From NCBI GenBank assembly GCA_026026165.1, contig JAPEUD010000049.1, positions 1 through 64,000 of the forward strand: a DNA stretch of 64,000 nucleotides, read 5' to 3'. The notes under the pieces were generated by a model that saw only the letters and a list, made by a program, of their open reading frames with translations, was not told where the DNA came from and searched no databases. Position numbers and translations under genes: made by a program. This DNA is from Sarea resinae (lineage: Eukaryota). This document shows positions 10,909-22,852 of the stretch, one piece after another; positions within the stretch are counted from its first letter, which is position 1, and every line of letters begins with the position of its first letter.

Positions 10909-13894
10909 ATGCACGAATGCCTCACCACAAACGCCCTCGCGCGCATCTTTCAGCGGGAGCTGCATGGCCACAATGGCCACAATGGCCTCATATCGGTCGC
11001 CGACTTTCTCGTCCCTTCTCTGGCTACCTTGCCACTCCGGCGGCCAACGCCCTCTAGATTGTTCCGAGGCGGACGCCATGCATCCACCGTCGCTGGCAAT
11101 AATTCCCCATTTCTATCCCCGAGGGTGTTCAACATACTGCTTGAGGGTGTCGTGGAAGAGCGTGGGAGTGCCGAAGGCAAGAGATTGTGGGATCTTTGGT
11201 GCCGAGATCCGTCTCTAGATCTGCAGGGGCGTCATGAAGCTGGCGGCGTGCTGAAGATCGCCGATTCCAAGGGGAGATTTCTCACTCGTCTCGAAAGAAA
11301 CAACAAACGAATAGCACAATCATGGAAAGGTGTAAGGACAGATGCACAGACGGAAGATGCTGCTGAAGAACCTCGAGGACTGCCTCAGGTCGAAGAGGTC
11401 GCAAAAGGCGTCGCTAACATGCGTTCTTTTCTCCCGCCTGGTCCTTCCCGTGCTGATCCTAATGCGTGGATCGAGAGCCTTGAGAGATTTCTTCCTGTTC
11501 AACTCCGGCAAGAAGGGGTTCGAAATGAAAGTCCGCAAGATGAAAGTTTATTCAAACTTGAGACACTTTTGCGACAAGCACGACAACAGAGAAACATCGA
11601 TGTGCTAAGCTATCTCGGTGTTCACCAGGATCGTTGGGATGCCGTGATCTGGATAGTGAAAAGCCTAATGGACAATTCGGTCGAGGGTGACCTTCATCTA
11701 CGAGACGAGCGGCTGCCAAGTCTACCATCGCTACCCGATTCAAACCTGGAAGCATTGACTCTCAAAGGCGCAATATGGGCAGAAAAGCCGGAGAGATTAA
11801 GGGGCTCTCATAGCTTCTTAGGCCTCGATTACTTGACAGACTTGGAAAGTGAAGCTGTTGGTGGGCGACGTCGGGGTGGAGAATATGTCAAACGCCGCGA
11901 CGCACTGGCTCTGATCTGGCAAAGTCTTGGACACATGATCTTGGCTGCTGCGGATCTTCCGATGGACCTACGAAGTCGCCTTATGTTCAATGTTCGCCAG
12001 ATCATTGCGTATCTGCATCATGTCGATGCGATTCCAGAGACATTGTACAACTACACTCGCAATCCAGATGACATGGCAGGGCTGTCTAGGCCTCCGACCA
12101 TCCATCTTCTATCATCGCGTATATTGACTTCACTATCTGATGCGGTGTGGAGGGCCCACGAAGAGCAGGTCACTAAAGAAGCTGCAGCTGTGGGAGCCCA
12201 GTATACGTACCTGGGACATGAGATCCCTGGAGCAAGATACAAGCTCAGAGTACGGGAGCTCGGACCAGAGATCTGGATGGAACTGGTTCTCTGGTCTTGC
12301 GTCGAGGGGGGCTATTTCGCCGAAGCCAGTTCCATACTCTCCGAGATGCGCAAACGCAAAGGGGAGAAGAAATGGTCTTTGATCAATTGGGAGGCTATCA
12401 AGGATCCATCAGACACGCATCACACCAAATTCGCGAGAGTGAACTGGGATCTGATGCTTTCACGATATGGAGGGGCTGTTGGAGCTCCTGAAGGTTATAG
12501 CGCTGATCCTCCGTTTGTGGAGATGGGCGATCGAACAATCAGCAGCGAGATCGTGGCCGCCGTCGTCGACGGCCTGGTAGACAATATCCACGTAGGTGTG
12601 GGCTTTCGGGGCATCTCCCCTCAGATCGTCATCGACTACATCTCCATCCTCAAGAACATGCTCGAACGGGATCGATTTAGCCTAGGGGGAAATTCGTGGA
12701 ACAGCATCATCATCCGCCTCTTTGAATCCGGTGTTGTAGATCCTGAGATCAACCCCGAGCTGCTGGAGAGGATTGTCGTGCTTGCGCCAATATATCTGAA
12801 GGAATTACAGTCCGTCAATGCTCCTAGTAATGAAGACGTCGAGGATGGCTCGCACTCCTACGTCTTTGACCAGTCTGCCGCCGCTATTGGTCTCCTCCAT
12901 TATACGATGGATGCGTGTATCCAATCTGGCAAGATCCACACCACGCTGCGCATCTTCAATCTCCTACAATCCCACATCGACGCCAACAAGCGCAAGTCGA
13001 TCGATTCATTCGCCGAAAAGCTCCAGGAACAATTAATCTCGCCCGAGGCCGACGGGAGAGATAACGCGCTTGCTTTTTCTGCGCCCAAAACATCAGCGCT
13101 CTACCCACCTTTCCCGCCCCGCATCCTCGCAAACCTCGTCGACCTCCTTACCAAATCGTCCCACTTCGAAATCATCAATCACCTGCTCTTCTCGCAAGAC
13201 ATCGATGGCCCCACCATCCCGGAATACCTCTACGGCCACCCGCTCCTCGCGCCTAAACTAATCAACTTCGCCACCAGAACGCAAAACCATGCACTCCTCG
13301 CGTCCGTCGCCAGCAAGTACGGCTCCCCACTCGGCGCTTCGGCGCTCAGCGCCATGCTCGAATCGCAGATCAAACTCACGCGCTGGAACGCAGTCCACGA
13401 CCTCCTCAGCCTCATGCACAAGACGCCGGGCATCGGGTGGCGCGCACGCGACGTCGCCCTGCTAGCGAGGGCCGTGTTGAGTTTTGACGGGCGAGACGAC
13501 CACCGACAAGCGGGGCATGCCAAAGCTCTCCTGCGATCTCTGCTGTGCGGCAACTTTGGGCCGCCATACCGTCCTCCTTCGTCTCCTTCCGCTACGCCTT
13601 CGCACTCTCCGTATGCGCGTCCGCCACGCCCCTACGCGGTTATCGGCACCCTCGTCGATATCATGCGCTCTTTTGGCCCGCCCCTGAGCTCTTGCTGTCC
13701 CTTGCCCAATAGCTCCTCCTGGGCTTCGAGATACGCTACGCGGAGACCGTGGCGTGGGAGTAAGAGAGCGGCAGAGGGAGACAAGGAGAGGCAGTTGTGG
13801 ACCAAGGCGATGAATGCCGTGAGACCTAACATTGCCACCGTGAGGATCATCATGGAAGCAGCATTACGCGAGACGTCGGCGATACCTTCTTCGC

Positions 13895-13926
<32 letters not shown>

Positions 13927-14178
13927 GCTCCCCACCCCTCCACCTCGCATTCCAGCTCCTCTTCTGCCCCACCACCATCAACGCAAGAAACGCAAGACTC
14001 CACCTCCTCTCACGACCAGCCCCATGCCCACCCCCACGACCACCAAGACCACCAGCAAGAACAAGAACAAGAAGACATCATCAACTGGGGCGCCCAGACG
14101 CTCGAAAAGATGCTCGTGCCGCGCGCCGACATCGCCGCCGAGATCAGGGGTTACGCTCCTCGTGTGCCCGCCGCCTGA
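10909..14178 (+). CDS. Large conserved hypothetical protein (helical-repeat/PPR-like, probably mitochondrial); appears internally rearranged (see findings)
   Basis: 1089-aa uninterrupted ORF with an Arg-rich N-terminal leader, conserved-looking blocks (RPPTIHLLSSRILTSLSDAVWRAHE, LRVRELGPEIWMELVLWSCVEGG, DIDGPTIP, PNIATVRII) and a (TCA)n poly-Ser tract near the end. Confidence 0.8.
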
Positions 14179-14937
14179 GCCTTTCGTCGTCGTCGTCGTC
14201 TAGCGACCACGCTCATCACAGCCACGGCCACAGCCATGGCCACAGCCAGGGTCAGGGGTCGCATCATCGCTGAGTCGGCTTCCGGCTGCGGCTTTGGCTT
14301 TGGCTTTCATGGGAACCTAGGGGCGCGTGGCCGGGGTTTGGAGGAAAAGAAAAGAAAACAAGGGGTGAAGAGCTGAACGGCGCGGCTATCATCTTGTCCA
14401 GTGTATATATATGGAAGGTATATATTGATGGGATGGATCAAATACCTACCTACCTGCCTGCTTACCTACCCATCTGTACTATATACCAACCAATCAAATC
14501 AAATCAAGTCAAAACAACCGCAGCCTCTACCGAGTAATAGTAAATGAATGGTACAGCCTCCACTCTGTAGACCACTCCTACTCCTCCTACTCCTACGCCT
14601 ACTCCTATTCTAACTCCGACTCCCAACCATAAGAAAGGTACACCGATCATCTCATCATCTGTAGATAACAGCCATCTACCCATCTATCAACCCAGCCAGT
14701 ACTGATCTATCACATCCATCCATCCCTAATACCTCTCGCCCGATCAATAGTCTGATGCTTTCTCTACTCACACCCCCTCGGCGGCCGTCTTTCTCAATTC
14801 TCTCCATCAAACAGGCAGGCAGGCAGGCAGGCCACGGCACATTTTGAACTTTGGAAATTCATTATTCTAGGGCGGTAGTAGTAGTAGTAGTAGTCTTCAA
14901 CTGATCCTCTCTACCCCGAAACCCAATCGACCCAAAC

Positions 14938-15011
14938 CCCCTCTCATCGAGGGTAAGGAAATGAAATGAGAAATCCCCTCTCATCGAGGGTAAGGAAATG
15001 AAATGAGAAAT
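14938..15011. repeat. Perfect tandem duplication of a 37-bp unit, followed by degenerate GAAAT repeats
   Basis: CCCCTCTCATCGAGGGTAAGGAAATGAAATGAGAAAT occurs at 14938-14974 and 14975-15011. Confidence 0.9.
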
Positions 15012-15509
15012 GAGAAATGGAAATGGAAAGGGAAATGGAAACGAGAAGAGAAGAGAATATATGAAAATGGAGAAGAAAAATCCCGGCAACACTTTTGGTT
15101 TGGTTTGGCGGCGCTCTTCCTTTGCAAGAAACGATGAATATTCTCGGCCCGCTCCCCAAATCATTTTCGTCCTCTCTCCCCCCCATCTCTTCCACGAGAC
15201 AGACGGGGAGACATGCACACCGATCTAGGCCGTTCACATCATCAATCTTCGTGATAGATGCCCCATCCCATGATCGCTGATCCCTCGCGCGTGCTCTGGT
15301 ATAAGCGACAAGCATTAAACTCTGAAAATCCGAGCGAGCACGGAAGAGAAAGAAAAAGAAAAATCTTGGTGATGCGGTGGTAGAGAAGAAAAAGAAATCA
15401 CACCCCGTCTAAATCGACGCCGAAAATCGCCATTTGCCCCCGTTCTCCGTCGGTTCCTTCTCTATTGAATTTTCTCCCATTATATTGTCATAACGTCGTC
15501 TGAAGAAAA

Positions 15510-17698
15510 TTACCTCCCCTTGATCGACTTCCTCGCCACACTGGAACCCTTCATATTCTTGCCTAACGAGCCCTTGGCAAGCGGGCTACCCCCACCAGGA
15601 CTGCCACTCTTACCCCACTTCCTCTTCCTCATCGGGGTGATGGGGCTATTAGCCGCCGCGAGTCTACCTCCTTTGATCGGGCCGCGGTTGGCATAAGGCA
15701 TACCGCTGATCGCGTTACTAGCCGGGACATCGCGTGACTGAGACCGCGAAAGCAGAACCTTGTGGCGGGTTTGATTCCGACGGAAAGCAGTGACAACGCC
15801 TCGGTCAAAATGATCGAGGAGCTGGGCCGTGCTGTCGCGGCTCGGAGTGGTAGCGTCGCCGCCTCGAGCCGGGGTAGAGGCTGGATGAACAATCATGGAT
15901 GTGGCTGGCGACGTTACTAGACCATCGTGATTCTCTTCGCCCTCACTGTCTGTTGATCCATCCCCGAAATCAATGAAGTCGTGTACATTCCAGAGGTCTT
16001 CGTCTTCAATGTCGTCGTCCTCTTCTTCTTCCATGATCTGACCATCGGACCCAACACTCTTAAAAGGATAGAACGCTTCGGGAGGTCCAAGCACCTGTCC
16101 GCCGAGGAGATATTCACTGCCCGGTTCTCCGTGGAGCAAGCCGCCCATCATGAGGTTCGCCCCAGATCCGACGATAGGACTAGTAAGATCTTGGCTGAAG
16201 TCGCTGCGATCATTGTCGCTGTCCTCACCAAGGCTTTGAAACGGAGTGCCCGGACTGGTTCTCATGCTGCCATTTCCCACGATTCCAAAGAGGTTGGCAT
16301 CTTTCTTGGTCGGGATGCGAGCAGGATAGATCACCATTCGCTTGCCTGTGCTGTCAATGACGGCGATAGGCTTGCTCGGATCGGCAACCCAAGAACCCAT
16401 AGACGGTCCGACGCGGCGAGACGTTGGGGTGGCGATTGCTCTGCGGAACGGTACTGGTGTAGTCTCACTGCCCGAACCAGACGACGAGCTTGAGACACGA
16501 CGAAGGACTGATCGCGGGCGAGCAATCGTGGCAGGCGGAGGCAAATCCTCGTCGGTCGTATCACCTTCCTCCGCTGCAAATGAATTAGTATGAAAAGTAG
16601 GCAAAAATCAATGTACATACACGCATAGACGTCGTCTTCATCATAAGATTCGTCGGCCTCACTGCTCTCATCATGACTTGTCTCAATCTCACGGTCGCTC
16701 TGCCGGAAATCCCAGTATGAGCCTTCACCATCGGTGACCGTTGAGCCATCGTCATCGGCGTCTTGGTCGTTGTCGGTCACAAGTCGAAACCCAGGGCCCA
16801 GTCTCTCTTGTTGCATGAAGAGGTCCGGGAAGATGCTCTCGTCCTCCTCAGAGCCAACGGTGCTGGTCGAGTCCGAGTACTCTCGAGGCTCCTCCTGGAA
16901 GCGAACCCGTCGAGACGCTACGCCAGCTCCACTTTCACCATCCGATGTCGTTGGAGCATTCATTGCATCGAAATCATTAGCCACGTTGAAATCAAAACGA
17001 CCGAACTGCTCGTCAAAGAAGGGAACATTGTCAAGGAAGAGGCCTCCGTCGAGGTCGAAGTCACCCCAATCACTGGAGGCCGTGGAAGTGCTAGTACGTC
17101 GTTGCCGATGAGCGCCTCGCGTCGCCAGTCCACCCTTGAGGGCTTCTTCAGAGTCAATGATGACCTTCTCTTCGAGCCTCTCGACGTCTGAGTCGTTGTC
17201 CGAGTCGCTGATCAGGTCTACTCCCTGATAGGCTTCGTCATCATCAGTAGTGGCCTCGGTTTCGGTCCTATCACCCTTGCCACCTGTATTTGATCTCTTT
17301 CTGCGAGGTCCCGATTTAGTGCATACAGTATCTTCCCCGTCGCTTCTCAGTCCAGAATCGGTAGAAACTCTGCTGTATCTCCGTTTCTTGCCATTTGCAG
17401 GCGTATCGAGTCCCGCCCCGTGGGTTTTTGCTGGATATTTATGCCCACGAGACGGGACCATTGAGTCCGGCTCGTCATCGTCATCACCCGCCTCATCGTC
17501 GTCTGCTTCGTCACTGCCGTCTTCGGCTGATTCTTCATCGCTTGAAATGCCGCTGCTCTGACTTGCGGTCTTCGTCTTCTTTTGTGCTTGTAGCCCTTTC
17601 TGGGCGGTTTTCCTATTACCAAGCGTTTGGTGGTCGTCGATCAGAGAATGCATGTCAGCCCTGACCGAAGAGGAGGATCGAGCCCGTGTAGTTGTCAT
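15510..17698 (-). CDS. Acidic, largely disordered nuclear protein, putative Ifh1/Crf1-like ribosomal-protein gene co-regulator; intron 16574-16620
   Basis: Two long ORFs are joined by a GTATGT...CTAAT...CAG intron. The motif SEEGDTTDEDLPPP resembles the Ifh1/Crf1 forkhead-binding motif (recall). Also GSWVADPSKPIAVIDS and FDRGVVTAFRRNQ blocks. Confidence 0.7.
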
Positions 17699-19911
17699 TT
17701 TGGAGGTGTTCTGCTGTTGTTTTCGGTTGATTTGTTGTACGAGGGTTAAGATCGATCCAAAGGATTTGGAATGTCGGATAAGGGTATGTAGAGGTCAGGA
17801 GAAGGAGGGAAAGGATGCTTCTCTCTATCGGTATGAATCGTCGCTCGACGATGTGCGATTATTGTTGTATCTTTGAGAACTCGATGCGTGCCGGCAAGGA
17901 TGTGCACACGAGTCTAAAATCGTCGTCCGCTCAATTGAGAAAGGCGGAAGAACTTGCTGGAGACGTACGACAACCTGATCAGGTCCGAGGGAATCGTTCG
18001 TCTTCAATTGCAGGCGGCTGAATTGGGATTGCAAGCACGATATGCTCTGGACAATCGAGTTTGTAATCGTCGTAGAGTTGTTGAAATTCTCGTTGGCTGG
18101 CCGGACTGGAGGGCGTGCAAGGAAACACACGCCCTCCAGCGAGGGATTTACAGCTCAGCGACTGCCTGCGGCATGTTTCTCGACGATGATGGATATGGAG
18201 GGGGTCTTCTGGGGAGGCCGATTCTGTAGTTGTAATTGGGGTTGACGGTGATGTCTGTTTGGGTTGGAGGAGAGAAGAGAGAGAGAAGAGAGCGAAAGCG
18301 AAGAAAGTGAGAGTGGGCATATGTATGCGGCGTATCGGACGGTTCGCTCATACCTTAATCGTGTTGGCGACGAAGGACTTTGATCCAAGTCACTGCTGTC
18401 GCTCGGTCGGGCAGTGAATGCATACAATTCTGGACGCCGGACACTTTCGCCTAACGAGCTAACGGGGAGCTATGGAGTCCAACTATGACCAGTCAGGGAA
18501 ACAAAAGCAAAAAATCACGGCAGAAGAGCGGTATCGTCGCGTATCGAGCCCGTATCGACAAGTACTCCGAGTACTCTGAGTACCTCCTCCATCGACGACC
18601 GTGGGCGGCCCTGGGCGAGGATTCGTGTCTTGATCCTTTCACCGCCGCACGCTGCTCTTTCAATCTACAATACATACCAAGGTATCAATCCATCTGGCGA
18701 TGCAGGCCCCCCTCGTCCGTCATCGTACGTGTACATGATAGTCTCGCGAGGTAGAAGAGAGTAGCGGAGAGAGAGGGTCCTGGCGGCAGAGCAGCAGAGA
18801 AGAGAAGGCCCGCCATCAGGTAATGAGAATGCTGGGAAGACACCCGTAGGAGTACAGCGTCTGGACCGTCGAACAGTCGGCATACCATTTGTCTTCTCTC
18901 TCCACTTCGTCCCCATCGCTCTGGCCAACAATTGACCACGTCTCCCATTGACCAATTGACTCTCGATCGGACCTGTTCTCCACAGACGACCTCACCCAAC
19001 CGTGATAGGGAGATGGCATTGCTATGGGGACGGCACGTCAGCAGCACTCTACTCTATCCAAGGCACATACGCCGTACTGCACGACCTTAGGCAGGGACAA
19101 CGCTGCTCTCACGTAGCCTCATCCCCACTGGAGAGAGTGCCTTGCTGTATTCGTACTGTACGGCTGTACGTGCTTCCTAAAATACCTCTCTGCCCCCGTC
19201 GAGTACCGGCAGAGTACTTGGCCTACATCGATACGTACTCGGATGCACGGTGGGGATCCATGGATCCCTCACCCTTGCTTGCAGGGCCGACTATGACTGC
19301 ACGCCTCAAATCTCTGTACCTGCTAACCTCCATCGTGTCTAACCCCCTAGTGACTTGGTCGTCAGCCGCATTGGCAATGGCAATGGCATCTGTACGGAGT
19401 ACAGGCTCGAAATCTGTCAGATGGTCGGAAACCGTGGCAAAGATGAGTATGCCGTCTGGCTCATCGACGAGGATCGAGTCACATCGGGATGAGTCAGATA
19501 AGGGTCATACCATCTGATCTCGACGATCAAAGAAGGAGAGCAGAGGAGAGAGATTCCGTCTGCTTGATACGTTTGCATGAAAACGGGCGGAGGATCGAGC
19601 CCTGATGAGTGATGCACGGGACAGGATAGGACAGATAGAGGGGTACCTTACGGGGGGTTCCCTGGGATCAGATGTACTCCGTGAGCAGAGTACACCAGCG
19701 TTCCGGGTGCATCGGGAAACCGAAGAAGAATCGAATCGATGGGCGGATCTTGGGGCGGCGTTTCGCTCGAGGTGCAGCGCGCGCCAGTAAGGTAGCCAGC
19801 GGCTCATGGATCTCAGTAGTATTTGATGTACTTCAACTAAGGTACGTTCCTCGCGCAGTGACTTGGGTGCAAGTACCCAAGATGTCAGTCGTGCGACAAA
19901 TCTCGTGCTCT

Positions 19912-19923
19912 CGCTTGCTTGCT

Positions 19924-19958
<35 letters not shown>
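19912..19958. repeat. (GCTT)n microsatellite
   Basis: About 10 near-perfect GCTT units. Confidence 0.9.
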
Positions 19959-21405
19959 GTTGCTGCTTAGGTGCTTGCTGGAGAAAAGGCGAGAAAGGCG
20001 GTGTGCTGCCTGCTGCCGTCTGCATGCACACCAGACACTTACATCCATCCATACAACGGCAGGTACTCCATATCCATCAAATCATCGATGATCTATCCAT
20101 CAAATCTAGGCATTCATCTCCACGAAGAGAAGACCAAGGTACCCTAGAAGTGGATTGATATATATCAGGAAGCAAAGCGAAGCCGCTGTGCACAATTGGG
20201 GACATTATCGACATCTGCCCAGGTTCTTCTTTTTCTTCTTTCTTTCTTTCCTTCCCCGAGGCGGGGCAGGGGGGCGTCGCGGGCGCAGCGACAGGGCCAG
20301 GCAGTACGATTGGCAATCGAGAGCCCTCCTCTATCGATCGCAACGGAACGTACCGTATCCATCGCATCGCTAACGGCTATTTTTCACGAGCAGTGACTTC
20401 GGTTAAAGCTGCCCACTTACCTCTCGCTACCCTGGGCCGTCCTGCCCTGTCTTCCTCCTCTCTCCGGGCCATATATATCGTGTTACACAAAAAACTTGAT
20501 TCTATTCTTCCTCCACAACGACGGTGCAGAGCGGTTCAGGCTGCCGACTTAAGGGGACTTGCTCTCCATCTACACATTCACACCACGTAGCAACAATGAC
20601 CCTGACCATGTCCCTATCCCTACATCCATCTCGACATACATAGTACTTCCCTACCTTATGCATCCATCCATGGACATCAAATTCCTTCCTCAAGTCGCTC
20701 CAGGCAGGCATTCTTATTAGCTTTTGCCCATCTGCCGACAGAAACACATGGGTATGTCAGCGATGAGAAGAAAAGGAATCGGTCGGCGTCTCTATGCACT
20801 ACGCATTTCCGTCTCTTTTTCCCCCTTTGACCACCTGATGATACCAATCTTGAAACGTCTTTTCGGTGCGCAACATGTATGGCGGAAACCTTATCTGCTT
20901 GGCGGGCATCGCTGTGGCGCATCACATGACCAGGGCGTCAGGGCGTGCCTCTGCGGCGCCGGCACGGACATGGATGCCTCTGTTGGGGGACCTCATGAGG
21001 AAACGTGGTGGCTGTATGAGGGCAGGGAGAAGGGTGAGGGGGTTTCACGGCATGCTACTGGAGTGCCTGGACCTGACATGGCATCTATCAAGGACTTCTC
21101 CGTACCTATGGAGAACAGTTCTCCCCATTGCGCGTGATGATTACGAGCGATCCATCGGATAGTAGTATTGCTCGTCAAGCTAAAAACAAAAAGCTGAGTA
21201 GGTATGGTAAGGTAAGGTAGGTATTTAATCACATCAGAGAAAGATTCCAAGGGCAAACACCCAAGTAGAAAAGATTGATCCTACGCTGCCCGGTGCCATG
21301 CCATGCCATGTCATCATCGGTTCCGCTGCATCTAGAGCAGCATCGCCGTTCCGTCATATTGTCTCATCTAAACATACAGGAATACCATCGCGAGCCCGAT
21401 CCGGC

Positions 21406-22078
21406 TTAATACCCGCGTCTAACGTCCGTCACCGGTGCCCCAGTGGCATGCGAAGCAGTAGTAGTGCCCGTCGTGCCGGTGGTGCCGGTGGTGCCCGTCG
21501 TATTCAAGGGATTGGCGCGGTGGTCACGGTCCGAGTCAACGGTGGGGTCGACCTTGTTCGCCAGATTCGAAGAGTGCGGCCCGTGGTTCGTCGAGACGCC
21601 GTTGGAGACGCCGCTGCCGCTGCCCACACCGTGGCCGTAGCCCGTGGATGTGCCTGGTGCAGTCGTACTTGTTGTCGTGGTTGTGGCGCCTGCAGGAACC
21701 GTGGAATGGTGGAGGCCAGTGGTGCCGCGCGTGGCGGAAGCATCTTGGTCCGCGGGGGACACACCCGCATTGTGGCTCTGGTAGTTGCCGGTCTCCATCT
21801 CGGAGACGCCGCGCTGGGCGATGGCTTCGTTCTTCGTGTTCGTGTCGCCCGAGGCGGAGTCGAAGACTTGGTTTATGTTGCCACGGATGGCTTCACCCGC
21901 ACCCTGTTGAAGATTGTCAGTAAAGGTAGAGATGTCTAGAATAGGAAAGGGAAGCAGAGTAGAGAATTACATGAATGCCCGTGAGGCCAGATTTGATGGC
22001 GCCCATCGTATCTCTTCCGACGGTGGAGGCGCCGTGCGTCTTGCCTGTCGTGCCTGTTGTATTGTTTGTGCTAGACAT
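21406..22078 (-). CDS. Gly/Thr-rich hydrophilic fungal stress-type protein, 201 aa; exons 22078-21971 and 21903-21406
   Basis: GIH|GAGEAIRGNIN...NEAIAQRG and the GPHSSNLANKVDPTVDSDRD motif typical of fungal hydrophilic stress proteins. GTAATT...CTGAC...CAG intron. Confidence 0.82.
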
Positions 22079-22852
22079 GATGATCGTTGATGGTTGAGAA
22101 ATGGGGAATAATATGGTGATTATCTTTGCTGGTAGGTTTCTTTTCTATTGAAAATTTAAGGTGAAGTCGTGGGATAATGCGATGCGATCACACTGTTTAT
22201 GTACGCTGGCTCCGTGAAGCGGTTCCTGGCCGGACCACAGCTCTACCCACCAATGACGTCAGATGCCGTCAGATGCGCGTAAATGGGATGACGAATTTCC
22301 AATGTCCAGGGAAGAACAAGTTTCTCTCTAATGCTAGAGCCGATCGAGGAGAGATCGGAGCCGTGTATTCCTCATTCGTATCGTGCGTGATGGCAAGATG
22401 ATTTGATGATTTGATGATGTTGCGCTGTGGCATAGCGTACGGATATCTTGGGAGGCATAATCAGAACTCTCGACTGAAAACATCAAATCTCCCAGTAGGT
22501 AAACAGCCACCGGCAGCCAAATAGATCCACATTCAAGTCTGCAATCAATCAACGTCTGAGAGAATTCCCCCCCCCCCTCCCCTTTGAGGCTTCACGTCTA
22601 CAGTGAACAAAGAGACTCAGATGAATACAATAGTGTGGTATACGGTGACTGTGCATATGAACACTAGCCCATGGTAAAAAGGGCCATGACGAGACTCCCT
22701 CCGTATGTGCATCTGCTATGAGCCGTATGAAGAAAACAATGCTAAGAACGCCGGCCCGGCTCAAGGACCAGAACAACACCAGCACTAAAGCTCAGGTGAA
22801 AGAGAAATGAATGCACAGTCAATGAGCACGTCGTCGTCGAATTTCCAGCCCC

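Noticed and set aside
19253..19268. Perfect 16-bp palindrome GGGATCCATGGATCCC
   Set aside because: About one palindrome of this length is expected by chance in 64 kb.
17700..21400. Many short ORFs in the long intergenic region
   Set aside because: No recognisable motifs or coherent exon structure, and the region is rich in microsatellites. It is likely UTR or promoter DNA.
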